DNA from: Bacillota bacterium
GTDB taxonomy: Bacteria; Bacillota; Ch66; Ch109
Direction of reading: 5' to 3'
Assembly (NCBI GenBank): GCA_050952625.1
Contig: JBMNLH010000004.1
Location: 96,001-160,000, forward strand
Length of the DNA: 64,000 nt
Shown here: piece after piece, positions 9,791 through 19,486 of the stretch
Numbering within the stretch: the stretch's first letter is position 1
Layout of the letters: each line of letters opens with the position of its first letter
Notes under the pieces: model-generated
The model's database searches: none
The model's input: only the letters and a program-made list of their open reading frames with translations
Told to the model about the DNA's origin: nothing
Position numbers and translations under genes: made by a program

Positions 9791-12505
9791 TTATTCGACG
9801 ATCACCAAGATGGGGCCGGTAATATCCTCCAGCCAGTATAATTGGTCACCCACCCGTAAGTTTGAGATGGGCACTGGCCGGCCCTGGCGGACAATCTGCG
9901 CCCGTTTCAGATCAATTGTCCGGGAGGATTGGTTTAAGTTCCACCGGTCATTCAGGTTGTCCCAATCCTTATACTGAGCCAAAGTAACCATCCCGGTGGT
10001 CGGATTAAGGCTGCTGATGGTTCCGGTGCTGATCCATTCCCGGACCCCGAACGCTTTATCTTCCCGCAGGTTAATAGCCAAGATCTGCTCTTGATCCGCA
10101 ATCAGGTAAAGCAGCATATCCTCGTCTGTGCCGACATCCAAGGCCTCTAGCCACTTCTCTGCCAGTTCATCCCGGGTTAGGGCCACGCCCGGGTTTATTT
10201 GGTCGCGACTATCTAAAATTCGGGTATCCAGATTAAACCGCAGGTCTTCTGAACTAATATCCTTTCTTTCCTGGTTCCTCCACTCGTAACAATCCCATAA
10301 TTCCAGGATATCGCGTCTAATGTCGTCAATTTTGCCCCGCAAGAACCGCAGATAGGAGGACTCGACTTGTTCCACAATGATGACCGTTGCCCGGTGGCCG
10401 GATTCAAATGTGCTGCTAAAGTAATTAGTGATTACCTGAACGTCCTGGCCCGTTTTTAGATCAAAGGGATCCAGAAGCCGGCCGTTGTGCAGCACCAGGG
10501 TTGCGTCATCCCATTGAATATCCCGTCCGGCGACCGTTAACTGCCGCGTCGCATAGTTAATCTGTTTAATCTGGTTGTAATACTGGTTGTTGTAACCGGA
10601 ATCAAGGATCAGGTGAACGACGCGCTGACCTCCGTAATTGTCCCGCACTGCCGCGTAAACCCGATAACCCCGGTATTCGGGCCGCTGGATTTCCGCGAGG
10701 GTGACCAATCGCCCGTCCTGAAAGATCTGGGTATCACTACCGATTTCTAAGCGAACCAATGGCTGCGTATTTTGCCAATTTCCCTGGTAGTACCGAGTTC
10801 CGTCGCGCAGGGAGAGCTGACCGGGAATAGCAGCCAGACTCTCCAGTTGACCGCGGTAAAGGGTGACCACCAGCGGTTCACGGCCTTCGAGAACTACCCG
10901 CGCCACTCGCCGGGGGTCCGGTGAAGCCTGTCCTGGCCGAACGATGGCCGGGGTATGATCCTCCTCCAGATAGAGATGAACCCGATCACCCGGCCGAACC
11001 TGCTCCAACCGGATTAGCTGATTATCCTTTGAGTAAGTTGTGTACGGGGTTAACAGGTAGTCTATTTCTTGCCCGTTTTCCACTAACAGCAAAACGGTTT
11101 CGGTCCGGCCGGTTGGCCCGGTCCGTTGCGCAATTTCCCGGACCCGGCCGAAATGAACCTGCCGGTCCGCCGGCAGATAGCCGGGGTTGGGCTGAGACAA
11201 CCGGGCCTGAATCGTCACAACCCGGCCCTGCCCCAAAACGATCGTCGCTTCCTGCCCGGTCATTAAATCCTCCAGGGAGGCTGGTTGCTCATTGACCTCC
11301 ACCGTCACCTGCTGGTTAAGCGGCAGTTGGTTTAGGGTGCCGTCTGCTTGCAGCACAGTCAATTGGCCGGCGACCGGGTCAATCTGCTGCAACTGGCCCT
11401 GCAGGGTGGTTTGTTCGGTCTGAGGCCGCGTTACTTCTATGTAAAAGACCTGAGCGTTTTTATCCGTCAGGTAGCGTAGGTTATCGCCAACTTGGATCAG
11501 TTCGCTGTTGCCCAGTTGGCTGGTCTGGGGCCGATACACTGCGGCTTCCTGCCACACCACCTGGCTGCTGGCCGAGACCGCGCCCACCGGGGCTTGAAAT
11601 ACCAGGCGAGCTACCAAAGGATCACGGCCGCCAAGCTTAAATTGAAGCTGCTGCACCGGGGTGCCTTGAATGTAAGCTTGATTTTGAGCCTTGTCTTCTA
11701 CTATCCCCCAATGCTCAGTCACCCCACGGACCGGATTTAAACGGGGGCTGAGCCGGTCAAACATGACCGCCAATTGCGCCCGGGTCATTGGTCCTTTCGG
11801 GTCAAACAGATTGGTCTGCGTCCCGTACATTAAGTTTTCCCGCAAGACCGCTTCCACCCAGGGAGCCGCAGCTAGCTCTATCGCGTTAGCGTCTCTGAAA
11901 CTGTATATGGCGCGGCGTTCAGCACCATAAATCGGTTGAAGTTGAACCGCCCGGCCGATCCACATTGCCAGTTCCTCACGGGTTGCGGTTTCTCGCCAGT
12001 CTGTTGCGTTAAGCTCATTGGCGGTAATGATTTCGGCACTGATGGCAGCCTGCAAAAAACCAGCGGCCCAGGAATCGGCCCTGATGGCCCCCAGATTCTG
12101 TGTCCCCGTTTCCGCGACGGCCAAGGCTTCAGCCTCCCGGCCCAGGGCCTGAATCAACCCGGTTATCACTTCCTGCCGCGTTAAGGCTTGATTCGGCTGA
12201 AACCGATGGTTCCCATAACCGCGCATCAGCCCCTGCGCGGCGACTCGAATGATCGAATCCTTGGCCCAATGCTGTCCAAGGTCGGTAAACTGAAGGCTCT
12301 GCCGGAGTTCGAGGCCATTGGCTACCCCGGGGTAAGTAGGGGCTAAGGCGGAGCTTGCCCAGTCCGGGGCCGAATCCATAAAGGCACTGGTGGTTAAGGC
12401 GGGGTTAAGGATCAAAAGGGAAACCAGCAGCAATAGTCCCCGCCACACTGATCGCCAGGGTTTATGAGTTTGGATATTAAATCTATCAGTCATTTTCTTA
12501 AGCAT
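9791..12505 (-). CDS. Large secreted SLH-domain protein (N-terminal SLH, repeated beta/OB-like modules)
   Basis: Signal peptide; FTDLGQHWA, FQPNQALTRQE, FDPKGPMTRAQ; repeated L..GD.V modules. Confidence 0.85.
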   Translation of the reverse strand: MLKKMTDRFNIQTHKPWRSVWRGLLLLVSLLILNPALTTSAFMDSAPDWASSALAPTYPGVANGLELRQSLQFTDLGQHWAKDSIIRVAAQGLMRGYGNHRFQPNQALTRQEVITGLIQALGREAEALAVAETGTQNLGAIRADSWAAGFLQAAISAEIITANELNATDWRETATREELAMWIGRAVQLQPIYGAERRAIYSFRDANAIELAAAPWVEAVLRENLMYGTQTNLFDPKGPMTRAQLAVMFDRLSPRLNPVRGVTEHWGIVEDKAQNQAYIQGTPVQQLQFKLGGRDPLVARLVFQAPVGAVSASSQVVWQEAAVYRPQTSQLGNSELIQVGDNLRYLTDKNAQVFYIEVTRPQTEQTTLQGQLQQIDPVAGQLTVLQADGTLNQLPLNQQVTVEVNEQPASLEDLMTGQEATIVLGQGRVVTIQARLSQPNPGYLPADRQVHFGRVREIAQRTGPTGRTETVLLLVENGQEIDYLLTPYTTYSKDNQLIRLEQVRPGDRVHLYLEEDHTPAIVRPGQASPDPRRVARVVLEGREPLVVTLYRGQLESLAAIPGQLSLRDGTRYYQGNWQNTQPLVRLEIGSDTQIFQDGRLVTLAEIQRPEYRGYRVYAAVRDNYGGQRVVHLILDSGYNNQYYNQIKQINYATRQLTVAGRDIQWDDATLVLHNGRLLDPFDLKTGQDVQVITNYFSSTFESGHRATVIIVEQVESSYLRFLRGKIDDIRRDILELWDCYEWRNQERKDISSEDLRFNLDTRILDSRDQINPGVALTRDELAEKWLEALDVGTDEDMLLYLIADQEQILAINLREDKAFGVREWISTGTISSLNPTTGMVTLAQYKDWDNLNDRWNLNQSSRTIDLKRAQIVRQGRPVPISNLRVGDQLYWLEDITGPILVIVE

Positions 12506-12569
12506 CCGTGTATTACTCCCCCTGTGTTCTGGCCCCCTCTTGAGAGTCGGCTGTTCTTGATGGTGGAAG

Positions 12570-12678
12570 GTTAGACGTTATTAGACGTTAGATCTATAAC
12601 GTTAGATGTATTACGTGAAATGCAAAACGTTAAATGTTAAATTAATGGTTTTTTGTAAAGTAAACATTACGTTCATTA
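12570..12678. repeat. Degenerate heptanucleotide tandem array
   Basis: 12587-12642 reads gttagat ctataac gttagat gtattac gtgaaat gcaaaac gttaaat gttaaat. Confidence 0.65.
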
Positions 12679-12685
12679 TTATTTG

Positions 12686-12730
12686 AGTTATTTTCACCCG
12701 TGGATGTGCCTAGCGGGCATGGGCGGTTAA
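12686..12730. repeat. Dispersed repeat family C (inverted copy at about 53894-53937)
   Basis: gttattttcacccgtggatgtgcctagcgggcatgggcggtta matches the reverse complement of taaccgcccatgctcgctaggcacaaccacggatgaaaataac. Confidence 0.75.
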
Positions 12731-12789
12731 CCCACAAGAACCTAGGTGATTGATTATTGCGCTGATTGACCAAGCTGACTCAAATCAGG

Positions 12790-15700
12790 TTACCACTGCT
12801 TTTTTACGATCAGTCCATAACTTCCCGACCGGCGAACCTGGATCCGGCCGGTACCGTAGGCCGGGTTGGTGCTGCCGAACAGGTTGTTCCATTCTCGTTT
12901 AGCTGGATCCAAAACGTATATATTTCCGGTTTCACTAGCACTCCACTGCCGGGCCGGAACCTTCAGGGTTAAATCAATCGTCCCGTTAAGCGATTGAATT
13001 GCTTGGGCTCGGGTACCTACCCGGACCTCACCGAGTAACTCAGTCCCCCCGACCAGTTTATAATTAGTCCCCAGTTTGCTGGTGGCCCGCTCCACGTCAC
13101 GCGGCTGCAAAGGCTGAAGAATTAAATAGACGTAAATCTGCGCCGAATCCGTGATCCAATTGGCCCAGGCAGCTCCTCTTTCCACTTGCTTGACTTCCTG
13201 GGTATACAGGGCCCGGGGCGAGAACTCCAGGTCATAACGCGGTGTTTTAACCAGTACCCGCCGGTTAGCTTGAAGCAAGGACAACGGGACCGCGATCTGC
13301 ACCCGGTTGACCCGGCTGTATTCGTCATCGGTCAGGTCAAGATAATCAAGGTAGTATTCGTTCTTGGGCCGATTCCCGATGATGATGTTCAGGTTATCGC
13401 CAGCCAGGTTGACGACGCTGGCCGGTCGTTCATCCTCGTCCTCATCTTCGTCTTCATCATCTTCCTCATCAATGTACCCTACGTAGAGAGGGAAGAGGTC
13501 AGCCTTAATCAGGGGAGAGGCCCCTTTATCCGATATCGCCCGCAGTTGGAAGTAATAATCTTCCCCTTCCTTGACCGTTTTTAACAGATAGCTGGTCTGA
13601 TCGGTACTAGCCAGGAAAACAAGGTCCTCATCGTCATCAGTCTGGGCAAAAAGCTCGTAGTTGCTGGCCCCTTCGACCGGGTCCCAGGACAACTGAACGT
13701 AACGATGGCCGATCAACCGGGCCGTAAAGCCGGTCGGTTCTTCCGGGAAAAGCCTATCGTAAGTGTAACCACCCCGGAGGATGGCCTCCCCGAAATCCGG
13801 AGCCGGGTGCCGGACCGTCACATCACAACTGCCGCTATCGTTTGCCGGTGTCTTGCACTTGAGGGTTTGATAATCAATGTATTCCACATCCGTGGCCGGT
13901 TTGGCACCAAAGTAAACCTCCGCGTCGCGGTGGAAGTTTTCCCCGATAAGGCCTTCAATGGTGACGACGGTCCCTCCATAAATCGAACCTTGGTTGGGTT
14001 CAATGGCCTGATTATTGCCGTCCAGGTCTATAATTTCTGGGGTGCTAGCCGGCACCTGGAATTTAAAAGGGATTCGACTGACCGCGGTCGCCGTATCCGG
14101 ATTAACGACGCGCAGTTCATAATCACCGGCATTCCCCAGATCAGGGACAACCAGTTTTATTTGCGTATCATTGACGACATAGAGCCGACTGTTGGCTTCA
14201 ACACCGGGTGTTTTAGCCGGGTCTAAGCGGTCCGGATTGTTATCTGGAGTGGTCAAACAGTAATCTCCCAAATAAACCCGGGAGGAATCCTGATAAACCG
14301 CCTGATCCACCGATAGATTACCACGAACGAACTCAGCCCCGTTGATTGTCAACACTGTCCCTGCCCCACCGTGGGTGGGTGTAAAATCAGTGATTGAGGG
14401 TTCAGTAGTTATCCGATGGTAAATAAAAGCCTCCGGCAAGGTATATAATCCACCGGTATCCAACCGGATCACCTGGACCGGCACCTTTTTTTCTACCTCC
14501 ATGCCAGGCGGGGTCTTGCCGGTGATTTCAATTCCTCCTCTGCCTACTTCTACCTGGACCGCTGGTTCCCCATCAAAGGTGACCATCACCTCATTTCCAA
14601 AGTTGCCTCCCTTAATAACGAAGGGAGTTCCCCCTTCAATTGAGCCTTCGGTTGGCGAGAGGCTGTCGACACGTGGTTTTTGCCCCTCTGTCGGGTCAAG
14701 ATAGGTAAAGCCCTCGGTCACCGTCACCTGTCCCTCATCCACGTTTTTGACCGTGACATCTACTGTTGCTGGATAATTTCCAGCCGTACTCGCCGGGACG
14801 CAGGCCTTAATCTTCTGGCCGACCCGGCTGGCCGGGGACTCGGCAGTCAAGCGTTCGCCGTCAGCCGTATAAACCCTAATGTCGCTAGCCCTCTGCCCGC
14901 CGAAATAAACGCCTTCAGTTCCTACGGGTACTTCAGGAATGTAGTAGAAGTCGTTCCCCTCAATGGTTAGATAGACTCCGCCCTCTTTAGGGCCCAAATT
15001 GGGGGTAATCTTGGTCACAGAAGGATTACTGATATATTCAAAATGGGTATCGATAATCGGGTTTCCGGCATCATCGTCCCGGGACCGACACTCGCCCTTA
15101 TCCGGATTAACCACAATCACGTCTACGAGGCCACGAAATTCACTGGGCGGAGTTATCACGGTGAGCGTTGCCTTTATCTTGTTTTTCGAGGGATCGAGGG
15201 CACCATACTCCACCTTTTGCAACTGTCCCTGACGGGCCGGCTCTTTAGCACCAAAGTATACTTTGGCATTATCCTGAAAGTCTAGTCCGGTGATTTTTAC
15301 CGTAGTCCCTCCGGCGATTGATCCTTTAGCCGGAGCAATAGAATTATCGCCAATCAAGGTTTCTACTTTGTCTATTTCAGGAGCACTAGGTACCGGATGG
15401 TAGGTAAATCTGGTATTGGATCGCTCTTGCTCCTGGATAGTTAGGGACTCGATCTTTTGTCCCTTACGTGGGTCCCCATCCTTCGCATAGAAAACTTCTT
15501 CCAGGGTAGTAATGATGACATCGACCTCTTCCGGTGCTCGACTTTGCAGAGTAACCTTGGGAGTTTTTCCGGTAAGTAGCCAAGTGCCATCCTCTCGAGG
15601 AGCTACACGGGTGATCGTCGCATAGTTCCCTCCGAAGGTACAGCTTAAAGTACGGGACACTAAGGCCTCAATGGTGTCGCCAGGATATAAAGGATCGTCA

Positions 15701-17196
15701 ATAATTACCTTTTCCTGGGTGACCACTATGGTTGAATTTAGGTCTAAGGTTTGCAGTTCATGAAGATCTGCAGATAGATCGGTTCCGTTAATCTTACGGT
15801 CGGTTCCACCGTCTCTAAACCGCAAAAAATTACTGCCTTCTACCCAAACTTCCTCGCCGCCAGTTTCAACACCGTTTTCAGGTGTTACCTTGCCAACATA
15901 CAAATCATCCCCTACCTTTGCGTAGGTAAATCCTTCATGAAGGATACCAATTACTCTAGGATTAAAAGGATCTCGAACCGTTACATTAACCGGCCCCCCC
16001 AAGGGCGGGCCTATCGGAGTGGTTGCCTGGAGAATCGTCGTATCTGGTGGAGCACCGGCTGGCGGATTCACCAGGGTGACATTGGTCGCAGCCTGGTCAC
16101 CAAAAAACACCTGCATCCCACTCTGTAATCCAAAACCAACAATCTGAACCACGGTCCCGCCGTTGACTGAACCGCGATTAGGAGTAACGGTCTTAAGCTC
16201 AATCGAACCCGGGGTGGGCAAAATTTCTAGTTCTTCTTTTAAAGTCGCACTTGACCCGTTAGGCAGGATAACCCGAACGTCTTTTTTCCCCGAAGTCATA
16301 TCTAACGGTTGGGGCACCTTAATATGGATAGTCTTACCATCAATGGAAACTCGATTCTCAGCCGTTGGTTCATCACTTACCGTAACCGAACCGCCGGCTA
16401 TTTCGACCTCTGACCCATTGACAAAGCCGGTTCCCTGGATCAACAATTCCTCCCCGACCACAACCTGGTTCTTATTGAGATTAGTAATATCCGGAGGAGG
16501 ATTCAGCATCACCGCATCATCTCCCGCTAAATCGCTTATACCTCCGTATACTGTTTCCAGGTATACGTTAACCTCTTGTCCCATATGTAGCCCGTCTGGC
16601 AACTTGCCGACCAAAAGCGAGTAATCCTGGTGACGAATATCGGTCAACACGTTTACCGGCCGTTCTCCGATCCGCCAGGTACTAAGAGGACGATGTAAAC
16701 AGGTTCCGGTCAACACCGCTTGTGTCTCTTTAGTGCTGCCCGTAATCTGCCCCTGGGCATTGCGGGTTAAGTAGATATCTGTATTCAGGGTCATCCCGCT
16801 AAGGCTAGGATCAGCTATAAACACAAAATTACAACTGTCACTTTCACCGGTATCAGTGATAACTCGAATCGTAACGGACTTTTCCGGCGCACCCCCCATG
16901 TACGTGGAAACATCGGGCAAAAGCGCAAACACCTTACTGTAACTCGTAGGATCTAGTAATTGAGCTTCAATAATATATGTACCGATGAGAACATCTACCT
17001 TATTTACGTTATCCAGTCCGCTTCCCTGAATCTCAATAATACATCCACCCGCACTTCCAGCGTCCGGGCTAATCCTGGTTATTTCAATCCCATCAGCCGC
17101 CCAGGCCTCTGGTGTCGTGTTAGGGAAAAGACCAACGACAAAAAAGAACGTCAACAGTACTGCTACCCAACTTCTAACCCGACTACGTTTAAACAT
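12790..17196 (-). CDS. Large secreted IPT/TIG-repeat and FN3 cell-surface protein
   Basis: Signal peptide; about 8-9 repeats of P..GS..GGT.V.I.G..F; FN3-like LSWDPVEGASNYEL; acidic D/E tract. Confidence 0.85.
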   Translation of the reverse strand: MFKRSRVRSWVAVLLTFFFVVGLFPNTTPEAWAADGIEITRISPDAGSAGGCIIEIQGSGLDNVNKVDVLIGTYIIEAQLLDPTSYSKVFALLPDVSTYMGGAPEKSVTIRVITDTGESDSCNFVFIADPSLSGMTLNTDIYLTRNAQGQITGSTKETQAVLTGTCLHRPLSTWRIGERPVNVLTDIRHQDYSLLVGKLPDGLHMGQEVNVYLETVYGGISDLAGDDAVMLNPPPDITNLNKNQVVVGEELLIQGTGFVNGSEVEIAGGSVTVSDEPTAENRVSIDGKTIHIKVPQPLDMTSGKKDVRVILPNGSSATLKEELEILPTPGSIELKTVTPNRGSVNGGTVVQIVGFGLQSGMQVFFGDQAATNVTLVNPPAGAPPDTTILQATTPIGPPLGGPVNVTVRDPFNPRVIGILHEGFTYAKVGDDLYVGKVTPENGVETGGEEVWVEGSNFLRFRDGGTDRKINGTDLSADLHELQTLDLNSTIVVTQEKVIIDDPLYPGDTIEALVSRTLSCTFGGNYATITRVAPREDGTWLLTGKTPKVTLQSRAPEEVDVIITTLEEVFYAKDGDPRKGQKIESLTIQEQERSNTRFTYHPVPSAPEIDKVETLIGDNSIAPAKGSIAGGTTVKITGLDFQDNAKVYFGAKEPARQGQLQKVEYGALDPSKNKIKATLTVITPPSEFRGLVDVIVVNPDKGECRSRDDDAGNPIIDTHFEYISNPSVTKITPNLGPKEGGVYLTIEGNDFYYIPEVPVGTEGVYFGGQRASDIRVYTADGERLTAESPASRVGQKIKACVPASTAGNYPATVDVTVKNVDEGQVTVTEGFTYLDPTEGQKPRVDSLSPTEGSIEGGTPFVIKGGNFGNEVMVTFDGEPAVQVEVGRGGIEITGKTPPGMEVEKKVPVQVIRLDTGGLYTLPEAFIYHRITTEPSITDFTPTHGGAGTVLTINGAEFVRGNLSVDQAVYQDSSRVYLGDYCLTTPDNNPDRLDPAKTPGVEANSRLYVVNDTQIKLVVPDLGNAGDYELRVVNPDTATAVSRIPFKFQVPASTPEIIDLDGNNQAIEPNQGSIYGGTVVTIEGLIGENFHRDAEVYFGAKPATDVEYIDYQTLKCKTPANDSGSCDVTVRHPAPDFGEAILRGGYTYDRLFPEEPTGFTARLIGHRYVQLSWDPVEGASNYELFAQTDDDEDLVFLASTDQTSYLLKTVKEGEDYYFQLRAISDKGASPLIKADLFPLYVGYIDEEDDEDEDEDEDERPASVVNLAGDNLNIIIGNRPKNEYYLDYLDLTDDEYSRVNRVQIAVPLSLLQANRRVLVKTPRYDLEFSPRALYTQEVKQVERGAAWANWITDSAQIYVYLILQPLQPRDVERATSKLGTNYKLVGGTELLGEVRVGTRAQAIQSLNGTIDLTLKVPARQWSASETGNIYVLDPAKREWNNLFGSTNPAYGTGRIQVRRSGSYGLIVKKQW

Positions 17197-17521
17197 AGTG
17201 GACCCCTCCCTTAAAATTAGGAATGTGAGACAAATCGAGCTTATAGAAAAGGCTTGAAACCATTGATAATGGATAAAATAGAAATCTAGTTAAAGAATTT
17301 AATTGTAAAAACTTATCCTACCCGAAAAGACGATTTTTGCAAAATTAGGGCCTATCTAATATTTATCGACAATTAGCCAGTCTGACCTTATTCGTTGGAA
17401 ATCCCACCCTACCGATTTTTTAGTCACCAGGCTTCCTATTCCTCCCTCTCAGGCCAATTTTGACCTGGGCGTAATTTACGCTGAAAATAGGTTGCGCTTG
17501 TGTTTTATCTAGGTCCATCCC

Positions 17522-17546
17522 AAAAAAAACCGCACCGAAGTGCGGT
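17522..17546 (-). terminator. Rho-independent terminator after cheX
   Basis: accgcac-cgaa-gtgcggt hairpin with T-run on the minus strand. Confidence 0.75.
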
Positions 17547-17650
17547 AGAGAAAAGCTCAAATGTAATACAGCTAGAATAGAATATAATTATTAGTTCCGG
17601 ATAACCTGATAAAGCCGGCATCCGACTCTAAATCGAGTGCCCTGATGCCC

Positions 17651-18109
17651 TTAATCAAGCGCGATATTTATTTCCAGCGGGATGGAGTCCACTAACATGT
17701 CGACGGCTAAAACCTTTTCCACGGCGACCTTCAGGGAAGCTTCCTTGCCGTACAACAAGGTAGGCGGCGAGATATGCATTTCAATACCGGCATTGGCAAT
17801 TTTGATGCTGGCATTGGCCGCCAGCATGTTGCCCAGTTCGGAAATAGCACTCTGAGCCATGTCATCGAGTTCGGCGACCGGCATGCCCATCATCATCGTG
17901 GAGGCAGTTTTTTTGGCATCTTCCATATCCAAATTGTATACTACGTTGCCCTTTACCGCCCCGGTAATCCCGATCAGCACCATTACTCCATCATTCGCCA
18001 GGTTGCTATCTTTCACTTTAAGTCCCACCCGTTCCGCCTTTTGAAAGCCTAACTGGGGCATAACGTCAAAAACAGCATCGATAAAGGGGTTAACCATTTT
18101 TACGTCCAT
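17651..18109 (-). CDS. cheX: CheX-family chemotaxis phosphatase
   Basis: NPFIDA, IGITGAVKG, SAISELGNMLA, ISPP. Confidence 0.9.
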   Translation of the reverse strand: MDVKMVNPFIDAVFDVMPQLGFQKAERVGLKVKDSNLANDGVMVLIGITGAVKGNVVYNLDMEDAKKTASTMMMGMPVAELDDMAQSAISELGNMLAANASIKIANAGIEMHISPPTLLYGKEASLKVAVEKVLAVDMLVDSIPLEINIALD

Positions 18110-18966
18110 GCTTCTACCCCCCGCTGAAAACCGATGTCCAAAATAATTTGGCCAAAACTGGTTTGTGAGTTAACCAGTTTGCTTTCCACGTTAGGACTGG
18201 AAACTTCTGACGAAGTGCCATGAAATATGCTTGGAGGAGTAACTCGTAGGCCAAATTCTCGGTGCTTCCGATTTAAAGCGGAGCAAGCATTGCCACAAAT
18301 GATATTCGCAAGCTCACCAACCGTCGCTAAGATTTCATCTTGATTTTTCGGGTCACGTTTAAGGACAACTCGGGCTAATTCTTCGGCAGACTGAGGGGCT
18401 AAATCTAAAATCATCCGGCCAGAGTAGCGGCCGACGATCCCAACCACAACCGCTACGCCCAGGGACCGATACTGAACTGCAGTAACCGTTTTACTGTCAC
18501 TAAATTCCGTTAACGTCTTGGCAACCTTGGTCATGGTGTTGGCTAAAGCATCCTTAAAGGCATCCAGGTACATGCTGTCCAATAGCTCAAATATTTCATC
18601 CGGAGCCATTATTCGATTAATCGCGGTAATTAAAGCTTCATTATCCAGCGGTTTTTGCAGGTACCCGGCCACGTGCAGTTTTCTAGCCTCCTGGACCAGT
18701 TCATCATCTTTCATGGAACTAATAATAATTACTTTTAGATGAGGATCTTCGACTCTTAAAGCCCGGATACACTCCAATCCATCCGCTCCGGGCATCACAA
18801 TATCCATCGTCACTACGTCTGGCCGGTGCTGACGATACTGTTCCACAGCCTCTTCCAGACTGTTCGCCGTACCCACGACTTCGAATCCGCCTTCAGTCAG
18901 TGCATCAGAAATAATGCTGCAAGAAAACGGTGAATCATCAACGACCAATACTCTAACCTTTTTCAT
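18100..18966 (-). CDS. Response regulator: CheY-like receiver fused to a CheX domain
   Basis: VVDDS, TMDIVMP, YLQKP receiver; C-terminal VGIVGRYSG, GELANIICGNA, VTPP. Confidence 0.88.
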   Translation of the reverse strand: MKKVRVLVVDDSPFSCSIISDALTEGGFEVVGTANSLEEAVEQYRQHRPDVVTMDIVMPGADGLECIRALRVEDPHLKVIIISSMKDDELVQEARKLHVAGYLQKPLDNEALITAINRIMAPDEIFELLDSMYLDAFKDALANTMTKVAKTLTEFSDSKTVTAVQYRSLGVAVVVGIVGRYSGRMILDLAPQSAEELARVVLKRDPKNQDEILATVGELANIICGNACSALNRKHREFGLRVTPPSIFHGTSSEVSSPNVESKLVNSQTSFGQIILDIGFQRGVEAWT

Positions 18967-19136
18967 TATTACACCTGCCTTTATGTATTTAGCCTACTAA
19001 AATGTAAGATTGAGGAGAAAAAGTTGCTTGAAAAATTATGTACCATTTCTCTGTTATTTGTCGGTAAATATAGAATAACATACTTTTACTATTATTGGGA
19101 TACCCATCCATTATTTAATCCACTCTTTTTTTTAAC

Positions 19137-19166
19137 AAAAAAGCCCTCACTTCAATGAAGGAGGGA
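19137..19166 (-). terminator. Probable terminator downstream of glnS
   Basis: ccctc-cttca/tgaag-gaggg imperfect hairpin with T-run on the minus strand. Confidence 0.55.
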
Positions 19167-19486
19167 CAGTATTTTTCTTTTTATCAGGCTTTTCGATATC
19201 TGTATCCCAAAATAGGATACGAAACTGCGAAGGCAACCCAAGCATGCTTAGCCGCTCCCTTATAAAACATGCCTTTTATTCTTATCTAGATCCTAAGTCA
19301 TAACAAAGCATCGAGATCAGAAGACGATATTTGCAAACTCTGCGTTACTCATAAAGACGGATGGATTGAACCTCTCACAAATAAATTCGTGCGCCGGGCG
19401 GTTATCAACAGTACTACCAATATATGTTATTGTGCCACATTTTTTAATTCATATTAACCGCCCAAGCCCGACTAGGCCTAAAAAAT

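Noticed and set aside
19200-19380. c-di-GMP (GEMM) riboswitch upstream of the cheY-cheX genes
   Set aside because: Only fragments (GGCTAAG..GGTTGCC) resemble it; the GNRA/receptor P2 core and GCAAA motif could not be found.
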